Of a stretch of 64,000 bases of DNA, positions 37,967 to 46,383 are shown piece after piece; within the stretch, counting starts at the first letter, position 1, and every line of letters begins with the position of its first letter. Origin of the DNA: a virus (Duplodnaviria; Caudoviricetes). The stretch covers positions 534 through 64,533 of IMG/VR virus record IMGVR_UViG_3300009168_000007; one strand, written 5' to 3'. Under the pieces are notes generated by a model. It had not been told where the DNA came from, ran no database searches, and was given only the letters and a program-made list of their open reading frames with translations. The position numbers were made by a program, and so were the translations under genes.

Positions 37967-39489
37967 TGAAAACAACATTAATCATGGGACCCCCGGGAAC
38001 GGGGAAAACAACCACATTAGTGAATATTCTAAAAAGTTCGCTTAAAAAATATAAGCCGTACGAGATTGCTTACTTATCGTTTACTCGTAAAGCCGCGTAT
38101 GAAGCACGAGATCGCGTGATCACACAGGTCACCGGCTTTGCGCCCGAGGAATTTTTGTATATTTCAACGATACATTCGATCACGTTTAACCTCCTTGGAT
38201 TATCCACAAGGGATATGTTCGGATATGAACATGCTGTTTATCTTGGTAGGAAATTGGGTGTGGATTTATCAAATGTACATAGGGTTGTTGGTGATGATGA
38301 CCTTCAGGTCGTTTCTTTTGCTCAGGATGAAGGTTCTATCATGTTGGCGATAGATAATTTTGCTCGGATCAAATGTATAACGTTACGCGAAGCGGCTAAC
38401 CAGTTCAACTCAAGCACTCCGATTGACTACGTAAAACTCGAATGGTTTTGCGAGAGTTATTCACGTTACAAGAAACATAACGGGATACTCGATTTCACGG
38501 ACATACTCGAGCAATATATTGACCGTGGTATTGTCCCTAAATTGAAGGTCGTGATTATTGACGAGGCCCAAGATTTGTCATCGCTACAATGGCGCGTAAT
38601 TGAAAAGTTAACTTGTAACGTTGATAAAGTGTATATAGCGGGGGACGACGATCAGGCTATATACGAGTGGGCGGGGGCGGATGTGGACAATTTCCTCCAC
38701 ATCAAAAAAGATGAGTATAAGGTCCTTGGTCAATCATACCGATTGCCGAGACAAATATATGAATATGCGAATCAGATCTCGTCAAGAATTGAGAACCGGT
38801 ACCAAAAAGATTGGCTGCCGAACAATGACGAAGGATCGGTTTCGTATGTATCAAGTTGCGAGGAGTTACCGCTACAAACTGGTAACTGGATGATCCTGTG
38901 CCGTAACAAAATGTTTACAAAAACGTTTGAAAAACATTGTTGGTCGCAGGGTTTTTCATATAAGTCATACAACTTTGATTCATCAAAATTGGAGGCGATT
39001 ACGGTCGCTAAATATTGGGAAAAGATGAGGAATGGTTCGGCGTTGACGACGGATCAAGCGACATTGGTCTATAAATATCTACGCCCAGGTACGGGCGTGG
39101 ACAAAAAATTTAGTAGAAATTTGAAATGGCGGCAGGACTTGCCGCTCACGATGAATAATCTCGTTGAATATTATGGACTATTAAAGACTGAGATATGGCA
39201 CAAGTCGTTGGAGAAAATAAATCCAGGACTAGTATACTATATCATTGGTATGTTACGGCAAAAGGAACCGACAAATCACTATCGGATCCTGATCAGCACG
39301 ATTCATGCCGTTAAGGGCGCAGAATGTGACAACGTGGTTGTGTGCCCTGATATGACGAATATGACCCATCTTTACATGAACAAGGATCATGCACGAGAAG
39401 ATCGTGTCTTTTATGTGGCAACAACGAGGGCAAAAAAAGCTCTCTACTTATTATACCCGAAAAAAGAGCGCCATTATACGCTCCCGTAG
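37966..39489 (+). CDS. UvrD/Rep-like SF1 helicase
   Basis: GPPGTGKT, IDEAQD, GDDDQAIY, QSYR, TIHAVKGAE, YVATTRAK. Confidence 0.95.
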   Translation: MKTTLIMGPPGTGKTTTLVNILKSSLKKYKPYEIAYLSFTRKAAYEARDRVITQVTGFAPEEFLYISTIHSITFNLLGLSTRDMFGYEHAVYLGRKLGVDLSNVHRVVGDDDLQVVSFAQDEGSIMLAIDNFARIKCITLREAANQFNSSTPIDYVKLEWFCESYSRYKKHNGILDFTDILEQYIDRGIVPKLKVVIIDEAQDLSSLQWRVIEKLTCNVDKVYIAGDDDQAIYEWAGADVDNFLHIKKDEYKVLGQSYRLPRQIYEYANQISSRIENRYQKDWLPNNDEGSVSYVSSCEELPLQTGNWMILCRNKMFTKTFEKHCWSQGFSYKSYNFDSSKLEAITVAKYWEKMRNGSALTTDQATLVYKYLRPGTGVDKKFSRNLKWRQDLPLTMNNLVEYYGLLKTEIWHKSLEKINPGLVYYIIGMLRQKEPTNHYRILISTIHAVKGAECDNVVVCPDMTNMTHLYMNKDHAREDRVFYVATTRAKKALYLLYPKKERHYTLP

Positions 39490-39740
39490 AAAGGAGAAAG
39501 AAGATGACGAGGAATAGCATGAATAAGGAGCGACAAATTATTGATACGTGCCGATTATTAGAACAAATATTGGGGTTAGACCATGGCTTAATTACTAGTG
39601 ATATATTTAACATGATTAGTATTCTAATTATAGGAACATTTTATTCAGAAGAAATATCAGAAGAAATATACAAGTTGGCTGATGTGGTCGAGGAAACACT
39701 CGACCAAGAATTAGAAATAGCAAAATCATGGAGGTGACAC

Positions 39741-39920
39741 ATGAGCATATCATTGAAAGAAGCTAAACGTTTAGTAAAAGAATTAGATGAACTTGATGAA
39801 CTAACTGATTGGGAATCACGGTTTATCGAGTCAATGGTTGATTGGGTGATTGAACAAAATCGTCACCCAACAGAAAAGCAATCGAATATATTACAAAGAA
39901 TGGAGGAAGATTATTTATGA
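39741..39920 (+). CDS. small hypothetical protein (59 aa)
   Basis: GGAGG RBS; LTDWESRFIESM...TEKQ; ATGA overlap with next gene. Confidence 0.6.
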   Translation: MSISLKEAKRLVKELDELDELTDWESRFIESMVDWVIEQNRHPTEKQSNILQRMEEDYL

Positions 39921-41128
39921 GACACATATTCGCCAAGAATGTAAATTATGCCTTCGTCGAAGGTATAACCTTAATCGGTAAATACCATATAGAAGTAGCA
40001 CCGAGAGGTATGAAGACGTTTGAATTTGATTCACCCGTTGTTACACAATACCAATTTCCATGCGAATGTATATTATTCAACCGGTTCCGCCAGATTAATC
40101 CATTTTTCCATTTCTTTGAATCATTATGGATATTGGCAGGAAGAAATGATGTGGAGTTTCTTCGTCAATTTAACGAAAAAGTTGTAGACTTTTCTGATAA
40201 TGGTGGTCAATTCCATGGAGCCTATGGATATCGATTAAGAAAACTTGAAAGAATAGTTATTCCGTCGTATAAGCGCACTATAATAGACACTATAACGATC
40301 AAGAGAGATCAGTTAGTCGAGATCGTAAAACTCTTGAAAAGAGATCCTAGTTCTCGGCAGGGGGTTCTTCAAATATGGGACCCGATAATCGACTTGAATG
40401 TCGAATCATCCGATATTCCTTGTAACACGACCGCCTATTTCAAGATACGAGGCAATTATTTAAATATGTCCGTCTTTTGCCGGTCGAACGATCTCATCTG
40501 GGGAGCCTATGGTACAGATTGTGTGCAATTTAGTACCATACAACAATATCTAGCCATGAAGTTAGGATTATCTGTAGGAACGTATCACCACTGGAGCGAT
40601 AGTTTACACGTGTATATCGAACGACCAGATTGGGAATTATATAGTAGTATGGCTGAATGTGGACGATTACTCGCTGAGGATCCATATTTAACGGGCGACA
40701 TTATTCCGAGATATATAATTGGTGACGCCGATCAATTCGATCTTGATATGGAGTTATTTTTTCATATATGGAAAGAACTTTGTGCTAATATCGACCACAT
40801 TTATGGAATAAATTTATGCCCTGGACCCATGAGAAACGACAATTATGAATGGTACCATGACCTAATCGACCGTTTTGATCATCCATATTTTCGAACAGCC
40901 GTTATTCCAATGTTCGTTATGTGGCGATATCATTTATGTTGGAAGAAGTACGGTAAGTTACCGAAACATCATACCCCGATTAAGGATTTACTATATAGTC
41001 ATGATGACTTAAGGTGCGATTGGATACTGGCCGCCGTAAGGTGGCTATTCAAGAAAGAACACAAAGAGGTTCTTCATGTTGACGATTGGATTTATTCTAG
41101 TAATTATCGTAATAATTTTTTGGTGTAG
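39917..41128 (+). CDS. thymidylate synthase-family pyrimidine (hydroxy)methylase, predicted dCMP-specific
   Basis: ESLWILAG, GAYG.R, SRQ, DIPCN (catalytic Cys), RSNDLIWGAYGTD, SLHVY. Confidence 0.85.
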   Translation: MRHIFAKNVNYAFVEGITLIGKYHIEVAPRGMKTFEFDSPVVTQYQFPCECILFNRFRQINPFFHFFESLWILAGRNDVEFLRQFNEKVVDFSDNGGQFHGAYGYRLRKLERIVIPSYKRTIIDTITIKRDQLVEIVKLLKRDPSSRQGVLQIWDPIIDLNVESSDIPCNTTAYFKIRGNYLNMSVFCRSNDLIWGAYGTDCVQFSTIQQYLAMKLGLSVGTYHHWSDSLHVYIERPDWELYSSMAECGRLLAEDPYLTGDIIPRYIIGDADQFDLDMELFFHIWKELCANIDHIYGINLCPGPMRNDNYEWYHDLIDRFDHPYFRTAVIPMFVMWRYHLCWKKYGKLPKHHTPIKDLLYSHDDLRCDWILAAVRWLFKKEHKEVLHVDDWIYSSNYRNNFLV

Positions 41129-41262
41129 TATTGGAGGATTTTTCTGTGGTCAGGTTAATGTATTATGTAACAGTAAAATAATAAAACCTGACAAATATAT
41201 GTATGTTTTTTGTATTGTCCTTACGCCATATATACTAGTTCATCGTATTGGAGTATATTTAA

Positions 41263-43200
41263 ATGTTAAAAAAGAAGAACGGAAAATTGATTTGGAGTCC
41301 AACAAAAGATCTACCAGACCTTTCGTCGGCAAGGATGATCGCAGTGGATACGGAGACCTATGATCCACATCTATTGGAGAATGGTCCGGGAGGATATCGC
41401 GGTGATGGACGATTATTAGGAATATCGATCGCCGTGGATGGTTGGTCATGCTACTTGCCGTTAACTCATCCTGTAATCGGTAACGATTATAACATGGATA
41501 TTAATACAGTAAGAAGATGGTTTAACGATCAAATGACGAGGAGGAATCAACCTAAGGTTGGGGCCAGAATTATCTACGACCTCGAATGGTTGGACTCGTC
41601 GGGGTTTGAACTTTCGGGACCATTTTATGATGTCCAGGTCGCCGAACCATTACTAGACGAATATCGAAAGACCTATCACTTGTTGGGTCTTTGTCAACAA
41701 TATCTTTCGGAAAAAGACTGGAAGATCACGAATCAACTTGAAGTCGATGCCGAACAATACATCGGTAAATTTAAAGGTGATGTAAGAAAATATTTGTGGC
41801 AATTACCTGCCGATGTTGTAGCTCCATACGGCGAAATGGATGCTATAAGTACGTTGAAGGTATTCAAGAAACAATTTCCATTGATTACATCTCAAGGACT
41901 TGACAATGTATTTAATATTGAAACTTCACTCATTCCTATGCTCTTGGAGATGAGGAAAAAAGGAATACGGATTAATATGAAGAAAGCCAAGAAGAATATG
42001 GCGGTATTACAAGAAAGTGAACGTGACGCCATGAAGGAGATCAAAGATCTCGTCGGTTGGGAACTAGCTATCCGTTCCCCTGATGATCTTCAAAAAGCAT
42101 ACGATAAATTGAAGATTGATTACCCGCTCACGAAGAAAACAAAAAAGGCTTCGATCACGTCGGATTGGTTACAAAATCAGGACGATCCGTTATCTTCACT
42201 TATACTCAAGACTCGACGGATTAATACGGCATGGAATAACTTCATTGAGAAGGGGATATTCCAACACGTTTGTGATGGTCGTATTTATTGTACCTTTAAT
42301 CAACTTCGTAGCGATGAATATGGCACGGTATCAGGAAGATTCTCGTCTTCCCAACCAAACCTACAACAACAACCGGGAAGAACGGAATCATTCTCAGAAC
42401 AAATTCGTGAATTGTATGTTCCGGACTCGGGGGAGCAATGGTGGCAAATTGATTGGTCACAAATAGAGTACCGGTTCATGGTCCATTATGCCTACATCCG
42501 CGGACTAAGAAAAGCAAACGTGGCCAGGGATAAGTATTGTGATAATCCCAAGACCGACTTCCACCAAATGGTCGCGGATCTTTGTGGGATCGACCGTAAA
42601 CCCGCAAAGAACATCAATTTCGGGTTGGCCTACGCCATGGGCAAGTCGAAGTTGGCCGTAAAACTTGGCCTTCCCAAGGCCGAGACTGATATAATCTTCA
42701 AGAAATATTTTGAGGAAACTCCGTTCATCAGTTTATTGTTGGAGGATGTGGGAAAAAGAGCGGACGCAAAAGGATACATCACCACGATTCTCGGTCGTCG
42801 GGCGAGGTTCGACTTATGGGAACCAAAGGGAAATTACAAAGGTAAGGAAGATTACAAGGAACCGTTCAATCATGATCTAGCCGTGAGCGCGTACGGGGAG
42901 AATGTCGTACGGGCGCGCACGTACACGGCACTTAATCGTCTTATCCAAGGATCCGCGGCTGATTTGATGAAGTTGGCCATGGTAAAAACTTATGAGTCAG
43001 GTGTGTATGGGATTCTCGGAATACCAGGAATCACGGTCCACGATGAACTCGACGGGTCCATGCCGAAAACAAAAGAGGCTAAAAAGGCCCTCATGGAAAC
43101 GGCCAACATCATGGAGACATGTTTAAAACTCGAGGTTCCAATCGCTACAGATGTTGCGATAGGTCCAGATTGGTACCATGTAAAGGACATAGAGAGATGA
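41263..43200 (+). CDS. polA: family A DNA polymerase with 3'-5' exonuclease
   Basis: VDTET, SGRFSSSQPNLQQ, DWSQIEYR, KNINFGLAY, NRLIQGSAAD, VHDE. Confidence 0.97.
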   Translation: MLKKKNGKLIWSPTKDLPDLSSARMIAVDTETYDPHLLENGPGGYRGDGRLLGISIAVDGWSCYLPLTHPVIGNDYNMDINTVRRWFNDQMTRRNQPKVGARIIYDLEWLDSSGFELSGPFYDVQVAEPLLDEYRKTYHLLGLCQQYLSEKDWKITNQLEVDAEQYIGKFKGDVRKYLWQLPADVVAPYGEMDAISTLKVFKKQFPLITSQGLDNVFNIETSLIPMLLEMRKKGIRINMKKAKKNMAVLQESERDAMKEIKDLVGWELAIRSPDDLQKAYDKLKIDYPLTKKTKKASITSDWLQNQDDPLSSLILKTRRINTAWNNFIEKGIFQHVCDGRIYCTFNQLRSDEYGTVSGRFSSSQPNLQQQPGRTESFSEQIRELYVPDSGEQWWQIDWSQIEYRFMVHYAYIRGLRKANVARDKYCDNPKTDFHQMVADLCGIDRKPAKNINFGLAYAMGKSKLAVKLGLPKAETDIIFKKYFEETPFISLLLEDVGKRADAKGYITTILGRRARFDLWEPKGNYKGKEDYKEPFNHDLAVSAYGENVVRARTYTALNRLIQGSAADLMKLAMVKTYESGVYGILGIPGITVHDELDGSMPKTKEAKKALMETANIMETCLKLEVPIATDVAIGPDWYHVKDIER

Positions 43201-43389
43201 CAATAGAGCATGTTTTGTGGGGTATTATATTATGGTCCGCATTAATAATTATAACTGTATCAGTCGTGGTTGAAGTTGTCCACGTTAAACGAACAACTTA
43301 TAAAATTGTCATGGCCGTATCAAGCATAATCCTAGGATTATTCGCCTTATTAGGTTTTATACTTTGGTTGATTGCTATGGGAGAGTATT

Positions 43390-44049
43390 ATGTTTAACAC
43401 GGAAAAGGACTTGAATCAGTTTTTACAAACTAAATTGGCGAGTCAAGCTCGATTGTTGCATTGGCAACGAGTAGAATCGTCCATCGGATCGGGAACCCCT
43501 GACGTCAATTTCTGTATTGACTCACATGATTGGTGGATAGAGTTAAAAGTGATTTCTCTTAATACTATCACAAGAGAAACACAAATAAAGGTAAAATGGC
43601 GACCTGGGCAGGTCGCTTGGTTAGTGAATCGGATCAAAGCCGGTGGGAACGCTGGTGTTATGATCGGGGTAACTATTACTAGAGTAAATATGTCATCGTT
43701 GATATTTGTAAGATCGATCGAAGGGATTTTATCCCTTCGAGGATTTATTTCGATAAAAGATCTAATGAGTATGGATGGTGCCTATATCATGGATATTGAG
43801 TTACCTCGATTTAGCAACCTATTATATAATAGATTAATAAAGGAGAATGAGTATGATCAGTTTAACAAATTTGTTGAAACATCAGGAAGGGATAAAATTG
43901 CAGGCGTACAAGGACAGTCTGGGGAATTGGACGATCGGGATCGGTACGTTAATCACCGACCCAGTCACCATCAAAGAACTAGACAAAGGAAGAAAGATAA
44001 AAATATCAAAAGTAGCAGCGGAATTTCTGTTACAAAAGGGAATAGATGA
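43390..44049 (+). CDS. VRR-NUC/Holliday junction resolvase-like nuclease
   Basis: RVES..GTPD..WIELK..RPGQVAW. Confidence 0.75.
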   Translation: MFNTEKDLNQFLQTKLASQARLLHWQRVESSIGSGTPDVNFCIDSHDWWIELKVISLNTITRETQIKVKWRPGQVAWLVNRIKAGGNAGVMIGVTITRVNMSSLIFVRSIEGILSLRGFISIKDLMSMDGAYIMDIELPRFSNLLYNRLIKENEYDQFNKFVETSGRDKIAGVQGQSGELDDRDRYVNHRPSHHQRTRQRKKDKNIKSSSGISVTKGNR

Positions 44050-44329
44050 GGCGGTTGGGATTGTCAGCCGCTTTCTTGGCCCCAAATTTAAGTTAAGCGG
44101 CTATCGTCTTATGGCCCTACAAAGCATGGCTTATTGTATGGGCAACCGGTTGCTTCAATTCGAAAATTTATACGAAGCATTATTTAATGGCCAGTATAAA
44201 CAAGCGGGTAAAGAAGTGCTTAACTCAAAGTGGGCAAAAAAGCAAGCCAAAAATAGAGCCATGGCTACGGCTTATATGGTCGAATACAACAAGCTTCCTA
44301 AAGAGTATAGATTCTTGGAGAAAAAATAA
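43847..44329 (+). CDS. T4-type (GH24) lysozyme / endolysin
   Basis: E-x8-D-x5-T triad in QEGIKLQAYKDSLGNWTIGIG; SKWAKKQ..NRA; AAGGAG RBS. Confidence 0.9.
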   Translation: MSMISLTNLLKHQEGIKLQAYKDSLGNWTIGIGTLITDPVTIKELDKGRKIKISKVAAEFLLQKGIDEAVGIVSRFLGPKFKLSGYRLMALQSMAYCMGNRLLQFENLYEALFNGQYKQAGKEVLNSKWAKKQAKNRAMATAYMVEYNKLPKEYRFLEKK

Positions 44330-44542
44330 TGCCTAAGAAAGCAAGAATTGACCTTATAATAAAAGAATTACAAGGGGAACTGCGATTTATTAATTGTAAA
44401 ATCGATAAATCGCTACAAAATGCGTCAAAAGATTTACATCAACATATGACGGAGGCTCTCGATAAGGCTTACGCGAAAGGACTAGCAAGAGCACTTGAGA
44501 TAGTACAACATCACGGTATCCCACCAACCATGTAATAAAAAG

Positions 44543-44586
44543 TTGGGTAGGACCAAGGAGACAGCCTAGAGATAGTCCTACCCAAT
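44543..44586. terminator. probable bidirectional terminator between convergent arms
   Basis: TTGGGTAGGAC...GTCCTACCCAA inverted repeat with adjacent A-run. Confidence 0.6.
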
Positions 44587-44618
44587 CAAGTCCTTACGGA
44601 CTATGTGCAGCAAGAAGT

Positions 44619-44906
44619 TTAATTTGTATCCATTGTCGATGGTGGTACACCTTTAATCAATGAGCTTCCCGCACTCACCGCACTCCTTCCACCGATCGCG
44701 TTCAATCCAAATGCTACACCGTTAAATACTACATCCTTAAATGTATAATTATCAGGTGATACGATAAACCAAGAAATAAGTACCCCTAACACGCATGCAA
44801 TAATAGGGAGTAATTTATTATTTACGAGAGTTGGACGTAATTTTAACGGTTCAAGAATAAGAGCGATAATGACCCCTATCGTAATAGTATTGTTATCAAG
44901 ATCCAT
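44619..44906 (-). CDS. holin
   Basis: 95 aa, ~3 hydrophobic segments, NKLLPII..LG and GVAFGL.A.G pattern; end of late operon. Confidence 0.7.
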   Translation of the reverse strand: MDLDNNTITIGVIIALILEPLKLRPTLVNNKLLPIIACVLGVLISWFIVSPDNYTFKDVVFNGVAFGLNAIGGRSAVSAGSSLIKGVPPSTMDTN

Positions 44907-44938
44907 GATGCTACTCCTTTATTTTAATGTATGGTTCA

Positions 44939-45793
44939 CTATTCTCTAAAAAGGTATTCATTACACCCTAAACTACCTCCGCAGGTTTTCATCTTTTCCA
45001 AAATAAAATTCCTTTTCCGGAAAAAATATAGTATTTCTTCCGGTTTTGCCACCTCGAAAGGGTATCCACCTACCCAGTCCACCATATTATGCCATCGACT
45101 CATCCCACGGTTCATATCGTACGTGGACCATGAGCGAAGATAATTAATTCTTGAGGAAATAAATCGGCGTGGTGAAAAAAACAAAGATAACGGATTAAAA
45201 AAATACATCAACTCTCTAGGAATCATCACGAAAAATATAAATGAATTTTGTAAAAATAATGGCAATTTATTATATGTCTTTTTAATTATATGCCAAAATT
45301 TGCTCCATCCATTTTGATCGTTATAAATTGATATATAAAGTAGTCCGTTAGTTTTTGCCAAATTGGTAACATTAGATAACGCTTGCCACATGTTACCCGT
45401 ATGATGTAAAACACCCCAGGAATATACCACGTCATATTTTTCCAAACTCGTCAAGAAACTCTTGTCCAATATCGAACCCTCTTCTATAGTCCAAGAATCA
45501 TCATTGGGGAAGTATCTATTTTTTAATTCTCTTGTGCATGCGACTGATTGTAGGTCATAATCAAAAGAACATACTTTAGCGCCTAACCTGCGAGCGGCCA
45601 AAGAGAAAGCACCACTACCAGAACCAACATCAATAAAACTTTTTCCTTTTAAATCACTAACATCTAACATGTCTTTCAAAGAGTTTTCGAATTTTACTAT
45701 TCGTTCCTCATTTAATAACAATAAAAAGTGCTTCCAATTTTGACCAAAAGCGAAACGTTCACCTGAGCATATCTCCTTATCGATACTAATCAT
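44939..45793 (-). CDS. class I SAM-dependent methyltransferase (polysaccharide-cluster type), low-GC insert
   Basis: RFAFGQNW, FIDVGSGSG, YSWGVLHHTG, DWVGGYPFE; visibly AT-richer than neighbours. Confidence 0.9.
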   Translation of the reverse strand: MISIDKEICSGERFAFGQNWKHFLLLLNEERIVKFENSLKDMLDVSDLKGKSFIDVGSGSGAFSLAARRLGAKVCSFDYDLQSVACTRELKNRYFPNDDSWTIEEGSILDKSFLTSLEKYDVVYSWGVLHHTGNMWQALSNVTNLAKTNGLLYISIYNDQNGWSKFWHIIKKTYNKLPLFLQNSFIFFVMIPRELMYFFNPLSLFFSPRRFISSRINYLRSWSTYDMNRGMSRWHNMVDWVGGYPFEVAKPEEILYFFRKRNFILEKMKTCGGSLGCNEYLFRE

Positions 45794-45812
45794 AATAGTT
45801 TTGCCTTTTCAA

Positions 45813-46004
45813 TTAATCCTTTAATTTAACATCACTATTGATGTGTAATTCACCGTTCGTGATTTCACACGAACGTAATAAATCGTTATAAATCAAATGA
45901 TCGGCCTTAAGATCGACCGTTTGAACGCTCCCACACCCAATGATTACAATGAGACTAAGTGTGGCTATAAATAATTTAATTTTGGAACAACAATTTGAGA
46001 TCAT
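45813..46004 (-). CDS. small putative lipoprotein
   Basis: KLFIATLSLIVIIG-C lipobox-like sequence. Confidence 0.5.
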   Translation of the reverse strand: MISNCCSKIKLFIATLSLIVIIGCGSVQTVDLKADHLIYNDLLRSCEITNGELHINSDVKLKD

Positions 46005-46371
46005 AAATAAACTCCGTGACTCCTGTAATATTAGCCGTAGCCCCTGTTAATCGGAACTGCGTAGGTACGGCAGGTACCGTAAACTCTATTGTAGCACTTC
46101 TTGGGCTCTCGATCATAACCGAACGATCCGTACCTCCGCGAATATATGACGAAACTGCGACCTCATATCGCCCGGGAACGAACGGGAGTGATACTTCCTT
46201 CACTCCCTTACCCGTTACGGCCGATTGAATCGGCCATGTGGTCGAGCCATATCTTCTCGCATATACTTTGTAGCCATCCACGATCTCATCGCTCGGGCAA
46301 TCCCACATAAACTTGATTTCCGTTGTGATGGCTAATGCTGCGAAAACTACAAACGACAATAATACATTCAT
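45976..46371 (-). CDS. fibronectin type III-like protein with signal peptide
   Basis: MNVLLSFVVFAALA; W.CP....GYKVY...YEVAVSSY...ES..S. Confidence 0.65.
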   Translation of the reverse strand: MNVLLSFVVFAALAITTEIKFMWDCPSDEIVDGYKVYARRYGSTTWPIQSAVTGKGVKEVSLPFVPGRYEVAVSSYIRGGTDRSVMIESPRSATIEFTVPAVPTQFRLTGATANITGVTEFIYDLKLLFQN

Positions 46372-46383
46372 AATAATTTACCT

